In this document: positions 28,302 to 38,760 of the stretch, in pieces
Position numbering within the stretch: the first letter of the stretch is position 1
How the letters are laid out: each line of letters starts with the position of its first letter
Virus record (IMG/VR): IMGVR_UViG_3300027573_000025
Source: an uncultured virus (IMG/VR IMGVR_UViG_3300027573_000025)
Taxonomy: Duplodnaviria > Heunggongvirae > Uroviricota > Caudoviricetes
Length of the DNA: 64,000 bases
Strand: one strand, 5' to 3'
Position numbers and translations under genes: made by a program
The notes under the pieces: model-generated
The model's database searches: none
Seen by the model: the letters and a program-made list of their open reading frames with translations, nothing else
What the model was told of the DNA's origin: nothing

Positions 28302-28411
28302 ATAATCACCTTGGTTGTGCCGCAAAACTTGCAGCGTCTATACTTCTTACCCTTTCAGCCCCTCACTTCGACTACGCCTAGCTTCTTACAATTCGAGCAT
28401 ACTCTCATCAT
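28292..28411 (-). pseudogene. 39-codon zinc-ribbon ORF with internal UGA (recoded or pseudogene)
   Basis: MMRVCSNCKKLGVVEVRG-UGA-KGKKYRRCKFCGTTKVIIRS. Confidence 0.5.
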
Positions 28412-31400
28412 GTCACCGTGAAAGGCGCGCTAGTCACCACCCATTTATTGTTACTCGTAACGTAGATGGCGACGTAGCTGCCCGGTGTCGTGCCGCCGGG
28501 AATGGTAATGTCCATCGTGCCGGTGCCGATCGCCGACGTGATAAGCTGATTCGTCACCGCCACTTCGCCATCAGTCCACCCATAAACACCCGCCGCCGGT
28601 TCGGTGAATATGTAAATCTTATCGCTGGCGTTTGGCTCAAGCACGCTGACCCAATCGACGGTAATATCAGCCCCGGCAACCACGGTTGGATCGGTCAGCA
28701 CCGAGGCAAGGATGGGAGCCGTCAAATCAGTAGGACAGGCGATTGCTACCTTGTGCACATCGGTCGTGAATCCCGAATCGCCATCGGCGCCAAAATACAG
28801 GGTCCCGTTATTCCAGATTGCCGTGCCAGAACCGGACGGACTAAAACCTGCGCCTGACATTTGCCCGACGTAGACGATCTCGCTGAAGTTCTTGATGTAG
28901 TAAACGACTGCCGGAATGCCAGGAGCAAAGAGATAAATAAGTGCGTCGTTTGCCACCGCCAACCATACCACCTCCAAAGAGGTAATTATGAGCGACTCAA
29001 CTAACGCGCCAGTAGTGCGGTTGATCTTGTAAAGCCTTGTGACTCCACTGGTCGTACCGCAACAATACAAATAATCTGTGGTGCATTGCAGGTTAAACAC
29101 CAACACTTCGTCATTGTTGAATGGATAGTAAGCGTTAAGTTTTACCCCCGTCGCTTTATTGAATCTACTCAACTCGGTTTGCGGAGGACCGCCGTCCATA
29201 CCACCACCGTTGATGGTCCATACTTCATTACCGTCGACAAGGTACGTCGCCACGGTCCGCCCACCACCGTTGACAGAGGGTGTCGCGTACTCAACATAAT
29301 TTATGCCGTTGTCGTAGTAGATTCGCAGCCCACCGTAAGCGTTTGAATTGCCGACCCATACCGGCACATCGGAGGTTCCCACCATGGCGTTGCTAAACGG
29401 CGCCGCCGCATCTGGCATACTCGGTGCCGCGCCAGAATCTAGCGTTGGCACGTCATCGACGTAGTGGTTGATCTGCACGCAAGTGGCGGTATATGCCATA
29501 TTGCCACCGTCGCATCCGGCTTGCCCTATGAGACTCCACAACTCGCCGTCGCTGATATACCCCCATGACGTGCGCAAATTGCCGCCGCCAAACGTGGCTT
29601 CTTGGTCGAATGCCACCGTGTTAATAATGCTCTGCTGCCCCCGAAATGTCAGGTCATTGCAAACCTCCGGCTCTGCGCCGCCACCGCCCAAGTCGAGTAG
29701 CTCAAAATCGGGATTCTCGTCCACCGTTTCACAGCACCATTCCGTGCCTATCTCCAAGTCGCCGACGATATTCATCACCTCGGCGGGGAATGGCAAAGTC
29801 TGCTTGAATGACACCCGGCAGAATGGATTATAATTGGTCTGCTCGGTGCAGAGCTTACCCTCTTGGAGCGGGATAGCCGCGTCCATGGGGTGATCCGGTC
29901 TGAGGATCGCCAAGCCGACATCGGCGCTATCGTCCACGTTGAGCGTCAGTCCGGGTCCAGCCCTACGCACGCGCATCCCCAACGCTTTCCAGCGCCGGCA
30001 CATGAACATGCCGCCCTGCTCGGGGGGTATAAATGGCTCGCATGTCAGTCCTTCGGACTCATAGTCAAGCCCGTACTCTACTTGAGCCACGGCTATCGCC
30101 GGCTCCAGGGTGAACTGCCCACCCGTCACCACGGCATCGCTGAATAGCATACCGTCGCCTATTACCCTAACTGTGGCGCCCTCTAGGTGGTCAGCGCCGG
30201 TAATGAGTAGGTTAGCATCCGGCACGGCGAGACTGGCGCAGTCGGTTTGCAAACTAGCCCACTCGCGATTGACGGCGGCATCCGGCTCCATGTGCTCGAT
30301 AAAGGTTTCGGTCACGCCGTTTATATCGCGCTCGATACTGGCCCAAAGCCAGTCCTTGCCGGTAGTTGGTCGGGGTATGCAGGCAACACTGGTCACTTCG
30401 CCGGTAGTGGGATGCGTCGACCATGCAATGACGTTCTCGTCCTCTTGGTACGTTAGCGCCAGAAGCATCCCGTCGTTTCGTACCAGCCAAACAATAGAGT
30501 CTGGTTCCTGCTGGAAAGCCACGTCCATCAGGAATTTATTTTCGGTCAAGTGCTCTGCCAACATTACAAGCGAAGGTGACCTGAACTTGTCGGTTACGAA
30601 ATCAAAGACCAGTTCCCGTATCTTCTTCTGTCCAAACTGGACATGAATAAGCTGCCCGCCGATGCGGGTAGGCGGGATATTGGCGCTGCCGCGGCTGCTG
30701 ATAGGCAACACGTTGAAGTCGGACGGCGATAGCGCCTTACCGGGGGTCGATGCCGTTACCTCATACGCGCTGCCACCTGTGCCTACCTGGAGCGAGCGCA
30801 CCGCCTTTATCCAGCGAATAGGGTTTACCTGGTCGTCGTCAATGGTGCGCTGAATAGCGTCGTCGGCATTGGCGCCCTTGGAGAAGTTCTCGAAGTCGCC
30901 GGTCACGCTGCCGTTGATGGTCATTCCCTTGCAGAGCCACATGCGCGACTGAAAGAAACAACCGCATACCGGATAGCCGAGAATATCGGTCCATGACTCA
31001 TGCTCGATGCCCCATACCGTAGTGCTTGGCGGGTCGCCATACGGTAAGCCGCTGGCCGGATCGTTAGGCACGTCAATAAGCGTATTCAGGATGATGCCAT
31101 TCATCTTAGCGCCATTGATGTAGGCGGTCAGCTTTATCAGCCCGCCGTAAATCGTCATGTATTTGTCGACATCGGTAGCGCGGAAAATGTTATTGCCGGC
31201 GTCAAGCCCCACGCCTTGACCGGCAAGCCGATTGGTAGGGTCTACGGCTATGGCGCCAAAGCCCTCAAAGTGCCATTCGTCCTCTAAAATCGTGGTACTG
31301 ACAAAATCGCTGACGACATCGGCAACTAGGATGTTGGCAGAAGTGAAAGTAGTAATAACCGCCCGCCCCGCGCCGCTTACTAGAGTGCGCCCTACGTCGC

Positions 31401-32022
31401 CGTCAAGCCAGCACGCATTCGCCGCCGTGATGTTGATACCGTCGCCGGTGACAGCCGAAAGAGTCAAGGTACCGCTGCCTATCTCGGTGCCTAGCGGCGT
31501 ATCGGCGTGAGTCGCCGGCGGATTAAAGGATACCGCGCTTAGGGTGAACTCATCTGGCGATACTGCTATTCTGGCGAGCTTTTGCACCGGGTAGATGCCG
31601 GTGCAGATATACATGACATCGGCGGATTGAAAGCTGCCTATCTTGATAAGGTCAAGGTCGGCAATGCCGAACGGTGTGACTAGCTCATGGGGTATCGCCG
31701 GGTTAACCGGGTCCATGAGCGGAACGCCGTCCTTGAAGAAGCGCACATAGAAGTCGCCAAACTCCAGCATGTAGGCTTGAGTCGACGAGAAGCGGAAGTC
31801 TATAAGTCTGACATCGGCATTCTCCAGCCCGCTATATTTAGCCTTGGCGCTATAGGCAAATCCTTCACGCCGCTTGACACCACCCATGGTGACGGGAAGC
31901 CAGTTTCTGAGGATACGGCAGGCGGAGGAATACTTCTCGGTCTTGTCCTGGCGTGCCTCGAAACGGGGGGAGACTTCGCCGACATTGAGCGCAAAGTTAA
32001 TTCTGGAAACATTGAACGCCAT
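28408..32022 (-). CDS. Tail tubular protein B (nozzle) with C-terminal extension
   Basis: GEVSP..., Y.LEFGD.YVRF, QSADVM, FFQSR and AWSTH motifs; extra ~430 aa C-terminal. Confidence 0.85.
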   Translation of the reverse strand: MAFNVSRINFALNVGEVSPRFEARQDKTEKYSSACRILRNWLPVTMGGVKRREGFAYSAKAKYSGLENADVRLIDFRFSSTQAYMLEFGDFYVRFFKDGVPLMDPVNPAIPHELVTPFGIADLDLIKIGSFQSADVMYICTGIYPVQKLARIAVSPDEFTLSAVSFNPPATHADTPLGTEIGSGTLTLSAVTGDGINITAANACWLDGDVGRTLVSGAGRAVITTFTSANILVADVVSDFVSTTILEDEWHFEGFGAIAVDPTNRLAGQGVGLDAGNNIFRATDVDKYMTIYGGLIKLTAYINGAKMNGIILNTLIDVPNDPASGLPYGDPPSTTVWGIEHESWTDILGYPVCGCFFQSRMWLCKGMTINGSVTGDFENFSKGANADDAIQRTIDDDQVNPIRWIKAVRSLQVGTGGSAYEVTASTPGKALSPSDFNVLPISSRGSANIPPTRIGGQLIHVQFGQKKIRELVFDFVTDKFRSPSLVMLAEHLTENKFLMDVAFQQEPDSIVWLVRNDGMLLALTYQEDENVIAWSTHPTTGEVTSVACIPRPTTGKDWLWASIERDINGVTETFIEHMEPDAAVNREWASLQTDCASLAVPDANLLITGADHLEGATVRVIGDGMLFSDAVVTGGQFTLEPAIAVAQVEYGLDYESEGLTCEPFIPPEQGGMFMCRRWKALGMRVRRAGPGLTLNVDDSADVGLAILRPDHPMDAAIPLQEGKLCTEQTNYNPFCRVSFKQTLPFPAEVMNIVGDLEIGTEWCCETVDENPDFELLDLGGGGAEPEVCNDLTFRGQQSIINTVAFDQEATFGGGNLRTSWGYISDGELWSLIGQAGCDGGNMAYTATCVQINHYVDDVPTLDSGAAPSMPDAAAPFSNAMVGTSDVPVWVGNSNAYGGLRIYYDNGINYVEYATPSVNGGGRTVATYLVDGNEVWTINGGGMDGGPPQTELSRFNKATGVKLNAYYPFNNDEVLVFNLQCTTDYLYCCGTTSGVTRLYKINRTTGALVESLIITSLEVVWLAVANDALIYLFAPGIPAVVYYIKNFSEIVYVGQMSGAGFSPSGSGTAIWNNGTLYFGADGDSGFTTDVHKVAIACPTDLTAPILASVLTDPTVVAGADITVDWVSVLEPNASDKIYIFTEPAAGVYGWTDGEVAVTNQLITSAIGTGTMDITIPGGTTPGSYVAIYVTSNNKWVVTSAPFTVT

Positions 32023-32636
32023 CAGTAATTGCCATAACCACCATTCCGCACGTCGATAAAGTCAGTCGACACCTCTATCTCGCGGTTGCCTTCGCCCTCG
32101 TCCACGCCCACGGCTTCATCGAACTCGCGGTAAGCGTCCATCAGGAACTTCTCCGCCATCTTGACATCCTTGCCGAACGAGGCGGCAAGCCGTGACGCCA
32201 AGAGCGCCGCACACGCATTGAATAGCAGCCGGTCCCACCTGTTCACGTCGGTAATGTTGGCTTGGTAAATGATGGCGGCATTCTCTAGGTGGCAGTAAAG
32301 AACGCGCTTGCCTTCGCTGTCCACTTCCCAGGAAAAGACATGGCGCTGATTGGTGTACGGGAAACAGATAAGTCGGCGCACCGCTAGGCAGTCCGATGGT
32401 GTGCGGTAAGCATAAGTCCACTCGCCGAGGCTTTCATTGTTGGCGGTAAGCGACAAAGTTGCCCGGCGCCGCGCACAATTCCAGTCGCGCATTCTTAGGA
32501 CTTGCTCCTTGGTGTTTGCCAGGTGCGCGTTGATTGCCACCACCGTCTTGTTGTTTAGAGAGGTCAACAGCGACGGCACGGAGTCTTGTCCGATAAGTGC
32601 TAGGGCTTGGTTGGCAAGGTCGGTGTCTGTGCTCAT
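32022..32636 (-). CDS. Tail tubular protein A (adaptor)
   Basis: N.AL..IG, WNCA.RR..L, Y..PSDCL motifs. Confidence 0.85.
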   Translation of the reverse strand: MSTDTDLANQALALIGQDSVPSLLTSLNNKTVVAINAHLANTKEQVLRMRDWNCARRRATLSLTANNESLGEWTYAYRTPSDCLAVRRLICFPYTNQRHVFSWEVDSEGKRVLYCHLENAAIIYQANITDVNRWDRLLFNACAALLASRLAASFGKDVKMAEKFLMDAYREFDEAVGVDEGEGNREIEVSTDFIDVRNGGYGNY

Positions 32637-34162
32637 ATAATTACCTTTATCGGTGCGCCGCCGGTGGTTAGGACGTGGATTTGCTTTGCGCTGGAAATAA
32701 CAACCTTTACCGTTGTGCCGCTGTCGGTAAGCACCGTGCAGGCGATGCCATCCGGCGCTATCAAGACTTGCACTTCATCACCATCGGATATGGCGAGTGG
32801 TCCCTGTAACGTGGCGGTAGCGCCGGTAATGGTGTAAGTGCCAGGTTCAAGGTTGAGAGCGCGACCTACCAAAGCCGTTAGGTCGGCGCCGGTAATGGCA
32901 TAAGTCCCGGCTTCCAATTCAAGCGTCCGGTCCGCTATAGGCGTTAATACTGTGCCGGTGACGGTGTAACTGCCAGCCTCTAATTCAAGCGTCCTTGCCG
33001 CCAGTGTCGTTAAGTCAGCGCCAGTGACAACGTAGGTGCCAGCCTCAAGGTTGAGATCATAGGCGGTTGGCGTGCCGCTGTAATCCAACGTGGCGCCCGC
33101 GCCACTGAGAACATAACTCCCCGCTTCAAGATCGAGCGAGTAAGCGTTGAGTGCCGGCTTATCCGGCCTGTACATCGTCGGCGGACGATAGGCAATGCGA
33201 ATCTTCGAGTACGGGTTAGGCCAGTCGTGTTGTAAGAATGGCTTTTGTTTTTCCGGTAGCCGTACCGTGTAGCCGTAAGCCGCGAAGTTTAACGGTCGAG
33301 GGTTTGGATTAGGCCAGTCGGTTTTGGCGAATGGCGCCTGCGCTGAAGGGACATAGACGAAGGTTACGTCAGCGCCAGTGAGAGCATAACTACCAGATTC
33401 GAGGTTAAGTGAATAAGCGTTGACTGTCGCCTTTTCAGATCGAAATACCCCTGGATGGCGAAATTTAATCCTACGCTGTGGGTTGGGCCAATCGTTTTGA
33501 ACAAAGGGCGCCTCGGCTGAAGGAACATAATCGAAGGTTACGTCGGCGCCAGTTGTAGCGTAGGTTCCGGCTTCAAGGTCCAGGGCGCGACCCGCTAATG
33601 GTGTTAAATCCGCCCCGGTGATGGTATAGGTGCCCGCTTCAAGATCGAGACTTCGATCTACGGCGACGGTTAGATCAGCGCCGGTTATAGCATAACTGCC
33701 AGCTTCAAGATTGAGCGCACGCCCGGCTAGTGGGGTAAGGTCGGCGCCAGTAAGCGCATAAGAACCAGATTCGAGGTTTACGGCGCGGCCAGCTAATGGG
33801 GTAAGATCGGCGCCGGTTATCGAATACGAACCGGCTTCAAGTTCAAGCGAATAGACGCTAACGGTCTTTACTGACCGATGCACCTCTGGATGACGGAATG
33901 ATACCCTGCGTTGCGGATTAGGCCATTCGGTTTGAGAAAATGGCGTTGGTACCGATTTAAGCGTCGTCCCAAGTAAATTGGGGATCGGTTGAGCAATGAT
34001 TGCCGCAAACGACGATACGGCAATAATTTTAGTGATTAACGGAAGCCGCTGAGTTTGAGTGCTGACAGCGCCGTAGGTTTTACCTAAAAGGTTCTGAACC
34101 CAACCAGCTTCATTAGCCTGGTTGTATCGGCGCGGTGGCGATTGGTATGAGTTAAATGCCAT
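32633..34162 (-). CDS. Repeat-rich virion protein
   Basis: 11 LxLExGxYxxTGAxxT repeats (22-aa period when tandem) and 4 PFxxxxWPNP motifs. Confidence 0.75.
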   Translation of the reverse strand: MAFNSYQSPPRRYNQANEAGWVQNLLGKTYGAVSTQTQRLPLITKIIAVSSFAAIIAQPIPNLLGTTLKSVPTPFSQTEWPNPQRRVSFRHPEVHRSVKTVSVYSLELEAGSYSITGADLTPLAGRAVNLESGSYALTGADLTPLAGRALNLEAGSYAITGADLTVAVDRSLDLEAGTYTITGADLTPLAGRALDLEAGTYATTGADVTFDYVPSAEAPFVQNDWPNPQRRIKFRHPGVFRSEKATVNAYSLNLESGSYALTGADVTFVYVPSAQAPFAKTDWPNPNPRPLNFAAYGYTVRLPEKQKPFLQHDWPNPYSKIRIAYRPPTMYRPDKPALNAYSLDLEAGSYVLSGAGATLDYSGTPTAYDLNLEAGTYVVTGADLTTLAARTLELEAGSYTVTGTVLTPIADRTLELEAGTYAITGADLTALVGRALNLEPGTYTITGATATLQGPLAISDGDEVQVLIAPDGIACTVLTDSGTTVKVVISSAKQIHVLTTGGAPIKVII

Positions 34163-34163
34163 T

Positions 34164-34844
34164 TTAGAACCATGACATCATTGCAAGCGGACCAGGGATG
34201 GCAATAACTTCCGTAACTGCAAGCGTGGCAAACGCCAAGTCATCGACGCCTACACCGCCCCACTGAATCGAATAGTCTGCCGTTCCTGCCGTCGTCTGAT
34301 GCTGCACGCCGCAAGTAAAGTTGCCGGCCAAGTCGGTCGTGCTGTCTTTGGTGGAGGTTGCGTGCACGGTCAGCGTTGTGTTGGCGGTGACGCCGCTGTA
34401 ACACACCGCAAAGGCCATAGAACTTCGCCCCGCATATTGGAGCGTTAGGATAGTTGGGTCGGCAGCCGCGTTATTGTCTCGGGTATCGGAATCAATAACC
34501 ATCAAGTTAGCGGCACCATCGAGGGAATACGCAGCGCCAAAAATATCTGTGGTGGTGCCCGATGTCAGGTCAACCGTGATGGTCTGCACACCAGTGGGAA
34601 TACCCGATCCCCAAAAGTAGGCGTAGGACCGTCCTGGTTCAGTTGTGGTATCGACGGCGGTGCAACAACGCTGGAGAACCGCTGTGCCGTAAGTAACACC
34701 CACCACCAAGTCGGTTGACTCGGTGCCGTGCGCTAATAGGACAACAACGCCTTGGGGTGAGGCAGCATTGAAGCTGCTCCACGTCATTGGGTCCGACGTG
34801 TCGATGCGCAAGCTCTCGGTTATACCCGCAACGGTGACAGTCAT
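34164..34844 (-). CDS. Thr-rich beta-sandwich virion-type protein
   Basis: Coupled ORF in the late operon. Confidence 0.7.
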   Translation of the reverse strand: MTVTVAGITESLRIDTSDPMTWSSFNAASPQGVVVLLAHGTESTDLVVGVTYGTAVLQRCCTAVDTTTEPGRSYAYFWGSGIPTGVQTITVDLTSGTTTDIFGAAYSLDGAANLMVIDSDTRDNNAAADPTILTLQYAGRSSMAFAVCYSGVTANTTLTVHATSTKDSTTDLAGNFTCGVQHQTTAGTADYSIQWGGVGVDDLAFATLAVTEVIAIPGPLAMMSWF

Positions 34845-37168
34845 TAAAACATTACCGCCCCAAATAAAGTTGTCGGAGTATACTCATACGCGCCTATGTC
34901 CGGCAGTCCATAGATAGGAGCGCCTATGAAATCCACAGTTAATCCAACATCAACTCCTGCATTCTTAGCTGGTGATGCTGCTTGTAAAGTAAAATCGTCG
35001 TTGCCGGGATCGGTCAAAAGCGGGTCTGCATTGACCCCGTTGGTATCGTAAGTGGCTTGCCATGTGGCCCATGATGGAAACGCGCCATTGTGATTGATGT
35101 TAGGCGCTCCGTCTGCCCGCCAATGTAGATTGTAGTCGATAGTTGCCGCCGACTGCGTGACCATGTTCAAAGTGCGGCGGGTATCGGTGGCAACAATAAG
35201 ATTATTCCGCATGTCAAACGCGGTTAAATTATCCGCGATTTTCACCTCTTGCTGAGTCGTTCCGCCGTTCTTCCAGATGGTGTTATTCCAAATCGTTAGG
35301 CTAAGAGTGCCGGCGCCCTTGGTCTGCTCAGTGATACCCGATGACGTTTCGGCAGTATTGTTGCCGTAAATCACGTTGGAATAAATCGCATAGACAACAT
35401 TGGTCGAACTGTTTTGTCCTGCCTCGACGCCGGAACTGGCATTGCCGTAAATCTCGTTGCGGTAGACGTTAGCGGAGCCGATTAACTTGATGCCATCACC
35501 ATAAAGGTGCCCGTAAATCGTATTTTGGTAAATGTTTGTTACGACTGCGCTAGTAAGAACATATATTCCGTGACTTAATCCCGCTGTGTTGCCAACATGG
35601 GTATTGTCGTAAATTGTATTGCCGAAGATGTTAAACAAACCCAAATAACCCTGAATACCACTGTACTGTTGGTTATTAAAAACCGAAACCAACCCATTCC
35701 CGGTGATCGTGTTGTTTTTCAGTTCACCACCGACCGAGTAAGCGTTGTCGACCCAAATACCCCATCCGCCGTTGTTTCTGATTGTGCAGCTATCAACGAT
35801 TGCGTTTATCGCTGTGGTCGATCCTCTTAAATCTATTCCGTCTAGTGCAGATCGTTCAAGGATGCAGTTTTGAACGATGTTATTGGTTACGGTCACGCTG
35901 CCAACGACGATGGAGTGAGAATTGCCATCTCTCAATGTCAATCCGTCAATCGTGATATTCGTTTTATCGTTGGTGTAAATTGCCTCGGCACGTTGGCCGA
36001 CTTCCATTGTATAACCTGCGGGATCATCGTCGCCAGTTGTCCGAATATAAACCTGCCCGCCACCTGCATCCCAAAAGAATGTTCCTGCGGTTAGATTGTT
36101 TTTAGTAGTGATTACCTCGCCCAACCGGGTATCGGTTTCATAAACTATACTAGGTTGTACGCTAACCACTTTTTTGTAGGCGTCGAAATTGGTCGATGAC
36201 CCCAATGCGCTCAAGCCGGATGTATAGATAGTACCTATTACGGTATCGGTAATCGCTTCAGTAAACACAAACCATTCATCGTAATTTAACGCGCCGTCAG
36301 CAGCGCCTATAAAAGCAAGAGACTGCGCGGTATTTAGAGCGACTGAGGTGCGAGTAACCGTAGTTGATTCCTTGACACCATCTATCCAAAACGATATTTC
36401 GTCATCGGCACCTGCGTTTGCGACGTTTTCACCGTTCCATCTAAGGACAACATGGTGCCATCCATCGCCGGTGTACGCAGCGCCCGCTTGGTCGATTGTG
36501 GCCGTGCCGCCAGCGGAATAGACTCGCGCTCTAAATTTACCGATAGTTCCGCTGCCCGCAATCAACCATCCCCTACTTGAAAAATCGCTATGCGCTGCCA
36601 TTGAACGAAAGGCGGCAAAATTACCCTTGATGTTTATCCAGCCGCCAATAGTAAAACCCGTCGTTGTACCTTTGAATGGAAAGGTCGCAGACTCATTTGC
36701 TAGTGTGATAAAGGCGTTGTCACTGGTCGTTGGGGTTGCTATCGAATATGTCCCTTCATGGTGCGTAGCCGATTGGGCTGCTGATCCTGCCCATGTAAGA
36801 TTATTAACCCCGTTACCATCGAGTGATGGCGAAGCAGCATCCTCAAAATACCAGTATGAAAGTGGCATTGGCGAAAGCGGCACAACGGTAACGATGTTTT
36901 CAAGTGTCCAACCCGTTACAATATCGGAGCCGCTAATGATTGGCGCAGCCCCGCTGCCGTATGTGCCTAGGGTGATGACATTACCGGCGCTACCCGATGA
37001 TGGCATTGTCAGCATCTCGCGCCAAACTTCACCCTTCTTGAACAGGATCGAATCACCGGCAGAGAACGACGACCCATTGACCTTGGCAATGGTTTTCCAC
37101 GCCAAGGCTTCACTCAAGCCGGTATCGCCATCGTCACCGGTTGTAAAGTCAACGTAGTAAATCGCCAC
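34844..37168 (-). CDS. Beta-helix protein with inserted LamG/ConA-like domain
   Basis: YYVD...GDD...G.S...AWKTI; GWHHVVL.W LamG motif; PDIGAYE. Confidence 0.8.
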   Translation of the reverse strand: MAIYYVDFTTGDDGDTGLSEALAWKTIAKVNGSSFSAGDSILFKKGEVWREMLTMPSSGSAGNVITLGTYGSGAAPIISGSDIVTGWTLENIVTVVPLSPMPLSYWYFEDAASPSLDGNGVNNLTWAGSAAQSATHHEGTYSIATPTTSDNAFITLANESATFPFKGTTTGFTIGGWINIKGNFAAFRSMAAHSDFSSRGWLIAGSGTIGKFRARVYSAGGTATIDQAGAAYTGDGWHHVVLRWNGENVANAGADDEISFWIDGVKESTTVTRTSVALNTAQSLAFIGAADGALNYDEWFVFTEAITDTVIGTIYTSGLSALGSSTNFDAYKKVVSVQPSIVYETDTRLGEVITTKNNLTAGTFFWDAGGGQVYIRTTGDDDPAGYTMEVGQRAEAIYTNDKTNITIDGLTLRDGNSHSIVVGSVTVTNNIVQNCILERSALDGIDLRGSTTAINAIVDSCTIRNNGGWGIWVDNAYSVGGELKNNTITGNGLVSVFNNQQYSGIQGYLGLFNIFGNTIYDNTHVGNTAGLSHGIYVLTSAVVTNIYQNTIYGHLYGDGIKLIGSANVYRNEIYGNASSGVEAGQNSSTNVVYAIYSNVIYGNNTAETSSGITEQTKGAGTLSLTIWNNTIWKNGGTTQQEVKIADNLTAFDMRNNLIVATDTRRTLNMVTQSAATIDYNLHWRADGAPNINHNGAFPSWATWQATYDTNGVNADPLLTDPGNDDFTLQAASPAKNAGVDVGLTVDFIGAPIYGLPDIGAYEYTPTTLFGAVMF

Positions 37169-37171
37169 TGT

Positions 37172-37675
37172 TTAATCTGGTTCGATTACGATATGGCTTG
37201 CAAGCGCCGTCGATGCCGTCGAACCCGTGTGCGCCGACAAACTAATCTCGCCCACGTTGACCGCTACGCCGTACTGCGAGATTTCTTCACCTGGCGCTGC
37301 CACCCATCGGACGATGCCGCCGAATGCGTTGAACGAGAGTTGCAACAGATGAAACGCGGCGTTTCTCTGCGGCATGGTCGTGGCGCTGAATCCCGGTGTC
37401 GGTGGCGCTGCCAGCGCGGCAGTATGCACGGTCAACGGCGTGAACGAGCCGTTGGTGCCGAGCGTGATCGAGGTCGCGGCAACTGTGGAGTCGCGGCCCA
37501 CAACCATAATCATTGGCGCCGAGGCTGTGGCTTGGCCGCCCAGGTACACCTCGTAAGTCCTGATGAACTGCGTCGATGAACCAAGTACAAAGCACGCCCC
37601 GTTCGCCGTCATCGTGGCGCCGTTGCCGACTACCGTTGCCGTCCAGGTCGGATTGCTAAAACTCCATTTAGCCAT
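37172..37675 (-). CDS. Hypothetical virion-type protein
   Basis: GGAG RBS, coupled ORF. Confidence 0.7.
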   Translation of the reverse strand: MAKWSFSNPTWTATVVGNGATMTANGACFVLGSSTQFIRTYEVYLGGQATASAPMIMVVGRDSTVAATSITLGTNGSFTPLTVHTAALAAPPTPGFSATTMPQRNAAFHLLQLSFNAFGGIVRWVAAPGEEISQYGVAVNVGEISLSAHTGSTASTALASHIVIEPD

Positions 37676-37877
37676 TAGCTTTCTCCTTTTCTTCCTTTAC
37701 TCTATCCAATTGTTCACCTAATTCGCGCAGCGCAGAGGCCACGGTTGGACGAAAAACAACCGGACATCCGCTTACATGAATAAACTGTCGGCGCTCGCTA
37801 TCGATCTGATCCCAATAGCAGTCAAGCTCGCCAATACACGGCAACAACTTCTCCACCTGCTCGTCATATTTATCCAT
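37668..37877 (-). CDS. Hypothetical protein (MDKYDEQ...)
   Basis: GGAG RBS before ATG 37877; shares DKYDEQ and ALRE.G with 59012-59275. Confidence 0.6.
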   Translation of the reverse strand: MDKYDEQVEKLLPCIGELDCYWDQIDSERRQFIHVSGCPVVFRPTVASALRELGEQLDRVKEEKEKANG

Positions 37878-37879
37878 CG

Positions 37880-38179
37880 CTAGTCTCCCGTCACAATTAT
37901 CGGCCCGCCGTGGTGAGCCGCTTTTTCCGCCGCTTCGATAACCTTCATCCACGGTCTGCATTCCAGCCCGCACGCCGGCTTGTCGCACACATAATGATCG
38001 CACTTCACGCAGTAGTGACGCGGACGTTTGCGCGTGGGTGATAGCACCACCACTGAGCCGCAATGAGAGCATGTCACCGTCGGCGACTCCCACACTTGCC
38101 CCTCGGGCGCGAGCGCGTTGCCGGGACTCGCCCGGTGGTCGATGATAAGATAGCCTTCTTTTGTGCGTTGACTGCTCAT
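37880..38179 (-). CDS. Zinc-finger protein
   Basis: CSHC, CVKC and CDKPAC clusters. Confidence 0.7.
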   Translation of the reverse strand: MSSQRTKEGYLIIDHRASPGNALAPEGQVWESPTVTCSHCGSVVVLSPTRKRPRHYCVKCDHYVCDKPACGLECRPWMKVIEAAEKAAHHGGPIIVTGD

Positions 38180-38760
38180 AAGCAAATCTGCGCCATTAAG
38201 TTTGTGGAGCCTAAATCTCCGCCGGAAAAATCGTCTATCGAGTCAGAACCCGCTGCTCCGGTAAATAACGGAATACGAACGCCAATAGAGCCAGCCGCAG
38301 TAATGTCACCATTACTTACGGTTAGAATCGTTCCGCCGTTGCGTTTTAAGGTAAGGTTGGTGCCATTGACTTCAAAATAAATAACGTCATTCAACTGCCA
38401 CGGTGTAGTATCTTCTCCCGATATTGCGGTTGGAGTGCCGGTAATGATTTTAAGTATTTGCGTCCGTGGAATAGAAGGAACATGCTGTGCTTGGTACATT
38501 GTTCCGACGCCATCGTTAAGACGCAGAATTAAACCCCAAGTTGCAGCCAAGCCTGCTGTTAACGCTGAGATGGTGTATTGCACAAACTGATTCGCGCCTG
38601 GAGTAGCAGCATTCCAGTAGGCGCCAGAATCACCACCACTACTTGACGAACATAATTTTTGACTAATAATTTGGACAACATTGTATCCACTTAGCGTAGA
38701 CCAATTGCCGCCAGCGGGATTCGCATCTGCTCTATTAAAGTCATCAGTTATGACAGCCAT
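38176..38760 (-). CDS. ConA/SPRY-like beta-sandwich protein
   Basis: DDFNRA...IDDFSGG; coupled ORF. Confidence 0.65.
   Translation of the reverse strand: MAVITDDFNRADANPAGGNWSTLSGYNVVQIISQKLCSSSSGGDSGAYWNAATPGANQFVQYTISALTAGLAATWGLILRLNDGVGTMYQAQHVPSIPRTQILKIITGTPTAISGEDTTPWQLNDVIYFEVNGTNLTLKRNGGTILTVSNGDITAAGSIGVRIPLFTGAAGSDSIDDFSGGDLGSTNLMAQICL

Noticed and set aside
20147..32022. Numerous plus-strand ORFs of 60-190 aa over late genes
   Set aside because: Antisense shadows of long GC-rich coding genes, without RBS or motifs.
32780..33860. CRISPR-like periodic repeats
   Set aside because: They are degenerate in-frame 66-nt coding repeats with no unique spacers and no cas genes.
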